This document shows, in pieces, positions 49,519-57,976 of a stretch of DNA of 64,000 nt. The stretch covers positions 2,976,001 to 3,040,000 of the forward strand of contig OZ223236.1 of assembly GCA_965140445.1 (NCBI GenBank), given 5' to 3'. Each line of letters begins with the position of its first letter. Position 1 is the stretch's first letter. Position numbers and translations under genes: made by a program. Source of the DNA: Candidatus Ozemobacteraceae bacterium (GTDB taxonomy: Bacteria; Muiribacteriota; Ozemobacteria; Ozemobacterales; Ozemobacteraceae). Below the pieces are notes generated by a model. That model made no database searches. It had not been told where the DNA came from and was given only the letters and a program-made list of their open reading frames with translations.

Positions 49519-50685
49519 ATGAATTTGTTGTATATCAGTCCGAGTTTCCCACCAACCTTTTATAAATTTTGTGTTGGTTTAGCACGTAAAGGAATCAGGG
49601 TTTTTGGTGTTGGAGAAGATTCTTTTGAGCAGCTTCACCCTGAACTTAAAGAGTCATTTACAGAATATTACAGGGTAAATTCCCTTGAAAATTACGAAGA
49701 AATATACAGGGCAGCGGCTTATTTCATTCACAGACATGGAAGAATCGATATTGTGGAATCTCACAATGAGCACTGGATGATGCACGAAGCCAATTTGCGT
49801 GAAGATTTCAACATTGCTGAAGGACCAGACGTCGCCCAAACAATTAGAATTAAACGAAAATCTGAAATGAAAAAGATTTTTAGGAGCGAAAAGTGTCCGG
49901 TTGTAGATGGAGAGATTGTCACAGACAAAGCTTCTCTAAAAAAGTTTATTAAAAAGCATGGGTATCCTGTTTTTGCAAAACCTGACATTGGTGTTGGAGC
50001 AATGGCTACCTATAAAATTGCAGACGAGAACTCACTGGAAAATTTTTGGAACACAAAACCTGATGGTGACTATTTTGTAGAACCATTTATTGATGGCCAG
50101 CTTTTAACCTTTGATGGAATAGCAGATCAGAATGGGGAAATCGTTTTTTACTCATCTTTGCATTCTATGAGTGGAGCATTTGACCTTGTCGCCAATAATG
50201 GCGATTTAAGCTACTACCTTATTCGAGATATACCCAAAGATGTCCTGGAAATTGGTCCAAAGCTTGTTAAAGCTTTTGGAATTAAGGCTAAGTTCTTCCA
50301 TCTTGAATTTCTTAGAAGAAAGTCAGATGATAAGCTGTTTGTCCTTGAAATGAATTGTCGTCCTCCTGGAGGGTATACGGTTGATTTAATGAACTTTACA
50401 GCCGATGTTGATGTCTATCAGGAATGGGCCAATATCGTTGCTGATAATAAGTTCTATGCCCCGGTTGACAGAAAATACTTTGCCGCACACATTGCACGCA
50501 AATACGGAAAAGCCTATGCTCATTCAAATGAAGAGATTTATGCCAAATTTGGTGAAAAAATCTCTATGCACACAGAAGTGCCTCTCGTTTTTTCTGAAGT
50601 AATGGGTAACGAAGCTTTTCTTGTAAGATCTCCTGTAGAAGAAGATATTTTTGAAATGACAAGATTTATCCAGCAACTGGCTTAA
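49519..50685 (+). CDS. ATP-grasp domain protein
   Basis: GYPVFAKPDIGVGA, EPFIDG, HLEF, LEMNCRPPG. Confidence 0.85.
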   Translation: MNLLYISPSFPPTFYKFCVGLARKGIRVFGVGEDSFEQLHPELKESFTEYYRVNSLENYEEIYRAAAYFIHRHGRIDIVESHNEHWMMHEANLREDFNIAEGPDVAQTIRIKRKSEMKKIFRSEKCPVVDGEIVTDKASLKKFIKKHGYPVFAKPDIGVGAMATYKIADENSLENFWNTKPDGDYFVEPFIDGQLLTFDGIADQNGEIVFYSSLHSMSGAFDLVANNGDLSYYLIRDIPKDVLEIGPKLVKAFGIKAKFFHLEFLRRKSDDKLFVLEMNCRPPGGYTVDLMNFTADVDVYQEWANIVADNKFYAPVDRKYFAAHIARKYGKAYAHSNEEIYAKFGEKISMHTEVPLVFSEVMGNEAFLVRSPVEEDIFEMTRFIQQLA

Positions 50686-50697
50686 ACTAGTTAATTG

Positions 50698-50735
50698 AAT
50701 CCCCTATTCTTCATAAGAGAGTAGGGGATTTTTTT
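50698..50735. terminator. Rho-independent terminator between convergent genes
   Basis: AATCCCCTATTCT...GAGTAGGGGATT followed by T run. Confidence 0.75.
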
Positions 50736-51993
50736 ATCTAATTCTAAAAAGAAAAATGTCACCGATATTTGAGTTTGACCTTTCTTTTGGAAATAGGAGA
50801 TCGAACTTTTCAAGTTGTTCGGCTGTATTGAAGGCCTTAATGCCTTGAGTCAGAGCGGTTTGCAATTCTCGTTGTTCAAGAATTTCCGAAGAAATGAAAC
50901 ATCCTGAAGAATTTGAATTTCCGTCATTTCCATCAGTTGCAATACCAATTAAATCAAATTTTTGTTTCTTTTTAATTTTAAGTGCAACTTGAGCTAGAAG
51001 GTGACTTATTCTGCCGCCTCTGGCTGAAACTACCTCTGGTGGAAGCTTAATTTCTTTTTCCCCAAGGATGACATACCAGAAATCTTTTTTAAAATAAGAT
51101 GTTAAATCCTGAAGCCAAACTTCCCAGGTTTTGTGATCAAGAGGCTGGGATGAGATTGTTCCGTGATTTTTGAGGACGGCCATAATTTTTTCAAATCCCA
51201 GGGTTTTGTTTAAAATAACTTTGAAGGAGTGATTTGTGCTATCAAACAAACTATTTTTTGTAGAAGCTTTTGGGGATTCATTCATTTTGATTTCTAAAAA
51301 ATTTAGAGCGTTTTTGGGAAAGTTTGAAATGTTTTTAGCAATTTCGAAAGCATTTTTGAAGCTTGTCGGATCAACAGAAAAAGGTCCTGATCCAATATCC
51401 CAGGGGTGATCGTTTGGTACATCAGAAATTGCAAGAGTTAAAGATTTGATTCTTTTTCTGCTAATTTTTTTTAACAGGTTTCCCCCTTTGATTTTTGATA
51501 TGTGGCGACGAACAATGTTTATTTCATCTATCGCTAATCCTGAATGAATGAGGGTTTTGTGACATAGGGTTTTTTCTTCTCTGGTGATTCCATCTGCTGG
51601 GAGTGCCAGCAAGGAAGAAGTTCCACCGGAAATAAGAATTAACAGGTTAGAATTGGATTCAAGATTGTCAATGAAGGCTAAAATTTGTTCTCCTGCTTGG
51701 TAAGAACCTTCGCTGGGATAAGGATGCTCCCCTTGAAAATGCTGAATCTTTTTGGTCGGGGTTTGAAGAGAGTTATCTAATTTAAATGGAGAAACTATAA
51801 AGGACGCCTTACTTTTATTATAAAAATAGTCTGGAATTCCCTTAAACATTTCCTGAGAAGCTTTGCCAAGTGAAATTACGTTTATAGGAGCCTGATCAAA
51901 TTCAAAAGCGCTAAGAGCTTCAAAAGTTAGAGAGGAAGCTCTTAGCGCTTGATTTATTTCTACAAATATTTTTTTGAAAGATGTTCTTTGCAA
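50734..51993 (-). CDS. Glycerate kinase type 2 / MOFRL (DUF4147) family protein
   Basis: LGKAS, GEHPYP, ISGGTSSL, KIKGG, SDVP..IGSGP, ATDGNDGN. Confidence 0.85.
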   Translation of the reverse strand: MQRTSFKKIFVEINQALRASSLTFEALSAFEFDQAPINVISLGKASQEMFKGIPDYFYNKSKASFIVSPFKLDNSLQTPTKKIQHFQGEHPYPSEGSYQAGEQILAFIDNLESNSNLLILISGGTSSLLALPADGITREEKTLCHKTLIHSGLAIDEINIVRRHISKIKGGNLLKKISRKRIKSLTLAISDVPNDHPWDIGSGPFSVDPTSFKNAFEIAKNISNFPKNALNFLEIKMNESPKASTKNSLFDSTNHSFKVILNKTLGFEKIMAVLKNHGTISSQPLDHKTWEVWLQDLTSYFKKDFWYVILGEKEIKLPPEVVSARGGRISHLLAQVALKIKKKQKFDLIGIATDGNDGNSNSSGCFISSEILEQRELQTALTQGIKAFNTAEQLEKFDLLFPKERSNSNIGDIFLFRIR

Positions 51994-51994
51994 A

Positions 51995-54895
51995 TCAAGA
52001 AATGTCTTTAGGAATAATGGTTTTGCAGAAATTCTTTACGTCGGAATTGCCTATTGCAAATTCCATGGAAAAAACATCTTGCTTGTCAGCATCTTGAATG
52101 TTTATCTCCAGTTTATCGCCTGATTTTACTGCAGCTTTTTCGAGAGATGAATCACCTTTACTACCATTTGAGCCATTTAGAACAAAATTGATCTGCTCGT
52201 CATTTTCTGGATTTAAATATCCTTGAGCTTCAAGTCCATTTGAAAGATTCTTAAGAAAAGCTTTATACATGGAATTTTCTGTAGAAATGATTTCTGCAAA
52301 CTGTTTTGAAGTAAGGTGAATTAAAAAATATTTTGAAAATACTACATCTTCAGTTGCTTGAGCTGCGTTGGGATCAATTTCAAGATTAATCTCAAATTTT
52401 CCGGCTTTTATTTCATCGAGCTCCATGTAGTGGGGCGAGAAACGAAGTGCTTTTTTAGTTTTTCCATTAATGATCTGAATCAGAATTATATCCTGACATG
52501 CAATTAGTCCTAAAGGTGAACAGTCTACTGTCATTGTTCCTGTTTCAATGTCTTTATTAGTCATGACCTTTTGCATAGATTTTGAAGTTCTAACGTTTTT
52601 GACCTGCAGAATTGTTTCTTCAGGTAACTTTTTGTTTTTTGTGTTTATCATGGAAAAGCTTAAATCAACTTGCAGGTCTTTGGTTACAGCATTGTGAGTT
52701 TCAACGGCTTCTACCAGATGAGTTTTAGCCAGTCGCCAGATCATATCTTTTTGTATCATTTCCAGCTTACTGGTGGCATCTCTGTATCCTTGATTCAATG
52801 CTATCGCTTTTTTATATTCTTCAATTGCTATCTCAGATTTTCCTGCCTGATGATAAAAGCTGGCCAATTTGGCATGCAGATCTGGAAAATTCGGATTGGT
52901 GTTGACGAATTTCTCATGAATATCTATTACCGAATCAAGCTTTCTCAGGTAATTGGTTAATTCAAGCAGTCTTGTTCTGGTAATTTTACAACCGCCATAG
53001 ATTTCCATAGATTTTGAATAGGCTTTATGAGCAAGGTAAAATCTATTGGTATCGTAAAAAATATTACCTAAGGTGCAATAAATTCTTGGATTTTTATTGG
53101 AAATACTTAATAAGAGCTCTATTGCTTCATCGCTTTTATTAAGACTGGACAGACAAACAGCAAGATTCATTTTTGCTTCAAGATAATTTGGGTTCGACTT
53201 TAAGGCTCTCTGAAAATGATTTAGGGCTTCTTCATAATTTTCATTTTTCATGAGAATTTTACCTAAATCATTAATCAAATCCAGATGCGATGGATTGGCA
53301 GCAATTTTGTTATTGGCAATTTCAATGGCTTTAAGATATTGATCATTTTTATTAGTTAGGATACCAAGGTAACCTAAAGCTAAATGTTGAGTAGGATCAA
53401 GGCTTACGGCTTTAGAAAACGCCTCAAGTGCTTCGGCTGGATTATCTTCTCTTAGGTATATTTCCCCAAGCAACTCAAACAGAGGGGCAGCAGCCTGCGA
53501 ATACTCAAGAAAAGTCATTAAGTTTTCTTTTGCTTCTTTAATATACCCAAAGATCATGTTGTATCTTACATATTTTACCTGAGAGCGAACATCATTTGGG
53601 TTTATTATTGGGGCAAACTTAATACCGTTTGCTCCATCAAATTGTGAAAGTTTGAAATCAGCGTCAGGACCACTTTCTTTGCCCCCGAAAAAGGTAGAAA
53701 AAATAGTGGACTTAGCTGTTGGTCGTTTTAAAGTTTTTTCTTCAAGGATATTTCTAACCAACAATCTCAAAACTTCACAATAAGGGCTGGAATTATTTAA
53801 ATCATATGGAGGTTTTCCGAACTGAGGCTGATAATCACCAAGCCTTGGTAAGCCTCCAATAACTGGGTAAGGGAAAATTTTGCTGGTTTTTGAAGAAGAA
53901 AAATCTGGTCCAATATTGCTTCCGAGTAGAATTAACCTTTCTTTTGGGTAGCTTAATTTTGAAACTCCATGAAAGAAGCGTACATTATCCGTTATTGTTG
54001 AAAGGTTGGCAAAATTTATCAGAAAGAAGATAAAATCCGCTGTATCTAATACGGTAAAAAGGTTCTCATCAAAAATTGAGCCTGTATCAATTACAATATA
54101 GTCGAAATGTTTTCTTGCAATTTTTAAGATGGCAAGAATATCTGAACTATGAATTTGTTCTGCTTCAAGAAAGCTTCTTGGGGCAGGAATCCCCCAGAGA
54201 TTATCGCCCATTCTTATTGTTTCATTCATTATCTCAAATGAACTTTCACTGGCTCGGATTTTACTTGCGATATCAATAATAGATCTTGGTGAATGAATTC
54301 CCATTAAATGGGTTCCACTTCCAAAATATAAATCAAGGTCAAAAAATAGAACTTTATGAGGCAATTCTGAAGATAGCAACTTGGCTAAGGAGACTGAAAA
54401 AGTTGTTTTCCCGTAGCCGTCTTTTGCTGAAGCAACTGTTAATACTTTGCATTCTTTTTTTAATATAGCTTGTTTGCTTTCTGAAACAAGTTTATTGGTA
54501 TCTCTTAATCTTTGAGATAGGGTGGCAAGGAGCTTAAGGCTTATTGAAGGGTGATTATGTAATAATTTTTCAAAATCTGAACCCTTAATCACGATTAAAA
54601 CGGTTGATTGAAGAGTCCTGGATGAAGCTGATCTACTGGCATTTTTTTCAAAAAAAGCCATTTCTCCAAAATAGTCACCATTTTTTAAAACAGAAATGGA
54701 CTGTTCACCGTGAATTGGATGTTTTTTGAAGATTTCTACCTGGCCTGACTCGATTATGTAAATGTTTTTCTCATAATCTCCTTCATTAAATACGATTTCA
54801 CCACGACTCATGTGTTGGCGGCTTGCAATTTTTTGAACTTCAACCAATTCAGCATTGCTTAAGGTGGAAAAAAGCCCCGTTGTAGAAAAATCCAT
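51995..54895 (-). CDS. cNMP-binding domain-CpaE/MinD-like ATPase-TPR fusion protein
   Basis: GDYFGEMAF...RSAS; VASAKDGYGKTT, FDLDLYFG, IVIDTG; multiple TPRs; likely start ATG 54895. Confidence 0.85.
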   Translation of the reverse strand: MDFSTTGLFSTLSNAELVEVQKIASRQHMSRGEIVFNEGDYEKNIYIIESGQVEIFKKHPIHGEQSISVLKNGDYFGEMAFFEKNASRSASSRTLQSTVLIVIKGSDFEKLLHNHPSISLKLLATLSQRLRDTNKLVSESKQAILKKECKVLTVASAKDGYGKTTFSVSLAKLLSSELPHKVLFFDLDLYFGSGTHLMGIHSPRSIIDIASKIRASESSFEIMNETIRMGDNLWGIPAPRSFLEAEQIHSSDILAILKIARKHFDYIVIDTGSIFDENLFTVLDTADFIFFLINFANLSTITDNVRFFHGVSKLSYPKERLILLGSNIGPDFSSSKTSKIFPYPVIGGLPRLGDYQPQFGKPPYDLNNSSPYCEVLRLLVRNILEEKTLKRPTAKSTIFSTFFGGKESGPDADFKLSQFDGANGIKFAPIINPNDVRSQVKYVRYNMIFGYIKEAKENLMTFLEYSQAAAPLFELLGEIYLREDNPAEALEAFSKAVSLDPTQHLALGYLGILTNKNDQYLKAIEIANNKIAANPSHLDLINDLGKILMKNENYEEALNHFQRALKSNPNYLEAKMNLAVCLSSLNKSDEAIELLLSISNKNPRIYCTLGNIFYDTNRFYLAHKAYSKSMEIYGGCKITRTRLLELTNYLRKLDSVIDIHEKFVNTNPNFPDLHAKLASFYHQAGKSEIAIEEYKKAIALNQGYRDATSKLEMIQKDMIWRLAKTHLVEAVETHNAVTKDLQVDLSFSMINTKNKKLPEETILQVKNVRTSKSMQKVMTNKDIETGTMTVDCSPLGLIACQDIILIQIINGKTKKALRFSPHYMELDEIKAGKFEINLEIDPNAAQATEDVVFSKYFLIHLTSKQFAEIISTENSMYKAFLKNLSNGLEAQGYLNPENDEQINFVLNGSNGSKGDSSLEKAAVKSGDKLEINIQDADKQDVFSMEFAIGNSDVKNFCKTIIPKDIS

Positions 54896-55005
54896 TTTTT
54901 TTCTCTCTTTATTTAATTTATACAACCCAAATAATTATCTACTTTGAATATATCATAAAATGGAAAAATTGTGGATTTTATGGTATTAATTTGTGGGGGT
55001 TAAAA

Positions 55006-55788
55006 ATGTCTCAAATTGTAGTTGATTCACTGAAACAGAAGTTTGAATTAAGAACCTTTAAGGTTTTGTTTGATATTAATGATAGTTTAATTGCTGAAGA
55101 AATGCTTGATAGTCTTGATCGCGGCAGTTCCGTATTTCGCATGGTGTTTAACCTTCAAGAGGAGCCTCAGGCAGAGATTTTTCTGCTCAGGTCAGAAGCA
55201 GATCTTGAAAAAATTGGCGGTGCTCAGCCACGTGTGGGTGAAATCATTCGAATTCTTTATGATCAGGGTGTTATAGGTGCTGTTGCTCCAAAATTAACCG
55301 ATAACTATGGAGAAGTGGCCTTAAGAGAGCTTGGCCATCTGGTTTTTAATCGACAAGTTGGTGAAAGAGAAGTTCGAATTAGACAGTGGAGAACCCCGTC
55401 CTGGCTAAGAGAGGGATTTGCTCTTCAGGCGGCCTGGAAAATTCGGAAAGATAGTAAGGATTTTCTACAAAAGGGTTGGGCAATTTTACAAAAAGCACAA
55501 TCTGCAAATCAACTTATCCAACCAGATGTAATGAGAAAGGATATCAATCTTATTCCTGATCCTGCTAGACGTGAGCTTGCGTTATACCAATCATTTTATA
55601 TGGTGAGATTATTACTGACTATTTATTGTGATAGTTTCTTCACCAAATACTCTACCCTAATGGGAGCACTTGAAGACATGGAGTCCGAAACTTGTTTCCG
55701 ACAGATTACGAGTTTTGATTTTGATAAGTTTTTCAGTCTCTTTGAAAATTGGGTTCAAAAGACTAACGCCTGGACGGCCATGGAATAG
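55006..55788 (+). CDS. Hypothetical protein, peptidase-MA-like fold with degenerate zinc motif
   Basis: LRELGH in place of HExxH; PSWLREGFA. Confidence 0.55.
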   Translation: MSQIVVDSLKQKFELRTFKVLFDINDSLIAEEMLDSLDRGSSVFRMVFNLQEEPQAEIFLLRSEADLEKIGGAQPRVGEIIRILYDQGVIGAVAPKLTDNYGEVALRELGHLVFNRQVGEREVRIRQWRTPSWLREGFALQAAWKIRKDSKDFLQKGWAILQKAQSANQLIQPDVMRKDINLIPDPARRELALYQSFYMVRLLLTIYCDSFFTKYSTLMGALEDMESETCFRQITSFDFDKFFSLFENWVQKTNAWTAME

Positions 55789-55874
55789 TCTGAATCATCT
55801 TTTAACACGTTTTATGGCCTTATAAAGGTTGGGCTATGATTTTTTATGTGTTGAAGTAATTCTTAGGGATAGTA

Positions 55875-56498
55875 TTGGTGAAATTTAATAAATTTGAAAA
55901 ATCCATAATCGTATCACTAATTGCATTAATTGCAATTGCAGGCTTGTTAATCCTTGGTAAAATTGGAGTTTCAAAACAAAGAAACTCTAGAATGTTGAAA
56001 CAGATCGCTGAAATCTCCGCCCTTACAGATCGAAATGTTCTTGTTAAGGGCGATTCTTATTTTGATGAGAAGGAAAATGCTAGAAAACTGAACTTGAATA
56101 AAACGGATCTGAAAAGTCTCATGGAAGTCCCGAAAATTTCTAAATCAGATGCAAAGAAAATTTTTGCTTTTATTGAAAAAAAAGGGAATATTTCGGATCT
56201 TCGAGAACTTTTACAAATTAAAGGCTTTACCCGGAAAAAAGTTTATAGGCTTGAAAGATATGTTACCGCAAAAGGCGGTCATGGTGGCAGAAACGCATGG
56301 GGCAACAAACTAAATCTAAATTTTGCTACGTTTAAAGAAGTTTCTGAACTCCCAGGAATTGGAAAAGCAATGGCCAAAAAAATCATCAATTTTAGAAATA
56401 AAAATGGAGCTTTTTATTCTTTAGATGATTTACGAGAAATACCTGGGTTGTCTGATTCAACTGTAAAAAAATTTATTGATTTGGTTGAGGTCAGATAA
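55875..56498 (+). CDS. comEA: ComEA-family helix-hairpin-helix DNA-binding protein
   Basis: N-terminal TM; two HhH modules LNLN...LPGIGKAMAKKIINFR...GAF. Confidence 0.85.
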   Translation: MVKFNKFEKSIIVSLIALIAIAGLLILGKIGVSKQRNSRMLKQIAEISALTDRNVLVKGDSYFDEKENARKLNLNKTDLKSLMEVPKISKSDAKKIFAFIEKKGNISDLRELLQIKGFTRKKVYRLERYVTAKGGHGGRNAWGNKLNLNFATFKEVSELPGIGKAMAKKIINFRNKNGAFYSLDDLREIPGLSDSTVKKFIDLVEVR

Positions 56499-56504
56499 AA
56501 CGCT

Positions 56505-57461
56505 ATGAATTATTATGGTTTTAAAAATAAGGCATTTCAAAGCCGTGGAAAAAAAACTCTTATTTCAATTTTATTGTTATTAACTGTTTTCGCATGGGTT
56601 TTACTATTCCTACCAGCAAGCGGAGGGCTTATAGATACCTCCATCAATGAATCATTGAGAATTGATTTTATCAATGTTGGGCAAGGTGATTCAATCTTAG
56701 TAAGAACACCAGAAGGAAGAAACTATTTAATTGATGGCGGAATGGAGGCAACCATTCTAGATGCCAATAAAACAGGTAGGGAGCTTGTTCAGAATTACTT
56801 AAACACCATGGGCGTTAAGAGTCTTGATGGTGTAATTATTTCACATTGGCATAATGACCATTTTGGTGGGCTTTTACCTGTGATAAAAACCTTTCCGGTA
56901 AAGCAAACATGGGAGTGTGGAACAAACTCTGAAGTCGCTAATTACAAAAAATACGAAGAACTATGTAAATTAAAAAGAATTAAAAGAGTCACAGCAAAAT
57001 CAGGTGACGTGCTTGAATGGGGAAATGAAATTTTTGTGCAGGTAATAAATCCGGAATTGTATTCAAAAACTTCCAATTATAGCAGTTTGCACAATTCATC
57101 AATTGTATTGTTAATTCGTTACGGGAAAGTCCAAGTCCTTCTGGCAGGAGATATAGAGGAAGATTCTGAAAGAGAACTCATGAAGTATGGAGAGGGATTG
57201 AGATCTCAGATTTTGAAGATTCCTAATCATGGATCAGATGCAAGTATTTACGAACCATTTTTAAAGCTTGTCAGGCCAAAAGTTGGGATAATTTGTGTTG
57301 GCAAGGATAATCCTTTCAGACACCCTGCAAAAGATGCATTAAAAGCTTACAAAAGGCTTAAAACAAAGATTTATAGGACAGATGAAAGCGGCAGTATTTC
57401 TTTGGTTATAGGTGGGAAAAGTAATAATGATTTCAAAGTTGTGCTAGAAAGAAATCCTTAA
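56505..57461 (+). CDS. ComEC/Rec2-like metallo-beta-lactamase domain protein (no channel domain)
   Basis: INVGQGDS, LIDGG, SHWHNDHFGG, LAGDIE, NHGS, FRHP, YRTDESG. Confidence 0.88.
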   Translation: MNYYGFKNKAFQSRGKKTLISILLLLTVFAWVLLFLPASGGLIDTSINESLRIDFINVGQGDSILVRTPEGRNYLIDGGMEATILDANKTGRELVQNYLNTMGVKSLDGVIISHWHNDHFGGLLPVIKTFPVKQTWECGTNSEVANYKKYEELCKLKRIKRVTAKSGDVLEWGNEIFVQVINPELYSKTSNYSSLHNSSIVLLIRYGKVQVLLAGDIEEDSERELMKYGEGLRSQILKIPNHGSDASIYEPFLKLVRPKVGIICVGKDNPFRHPAKDALKAYKRLKTKIYRTDESGSISLVIGGKSNNDFKVVLERNP

Positions 57462-57778
57462 ATCTTAATTTTATCTCCGAAAAATCGGAGCGATCGGAAA
57501 AAACGAGAGTGTACACAATATTGCTTAAAATAAGATAAAACACGTGTTAAAGGCTTTTTTAACAGTTCAAAATTAGCTACAACCTTTGTTAGAGATAGTT
57601 TTAGGTTATGTTTGAAAAAAACACCAGATGCTCAAAAAATGAACATGCCTGTATCTAACTTTTGGTGCATATTTGGTTAAATAATGTATAAAAGATCTCC
57701 CTGTTTATCCCTCCTAAGCTGGCTTAAAATCCTGTTATGCGCATTGGTAGTGAGCTGAAAATTTTTCTAAAAAAGTCT

Positions 57779-57807
57779 TTGACTTCATGGGTTTAAAATG
57801 GTGTAAT
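57779..57807 (+). promoter_or_regulatory. sigma70-type promoter of nrdDG
   Basis: TTGACT-17 nt-TGTAAT. Confidence 0.55.
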
Positions 57808-57976
57808 TTTACCCGGCAAGAATGAAAAAACACAGGCACGTCTTCAAAAAATATACGACACCTATTTTTCATTTAATCCCCTGAAAACGCAGCATTTATA
57901 GCTGGTGGTTGGGTAATTCCAACCATCTTTGTACACCTTTTTAACGATCGGGGACAAAAACATATAGGGAGCAAAC

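Noticed and set aside
57955..57970. NrdR box overlapping the nrdD SD (CAAAAACATATAGGGA)
   Set aside because: Matches only the right half, lacks the conserved C, and no second box found
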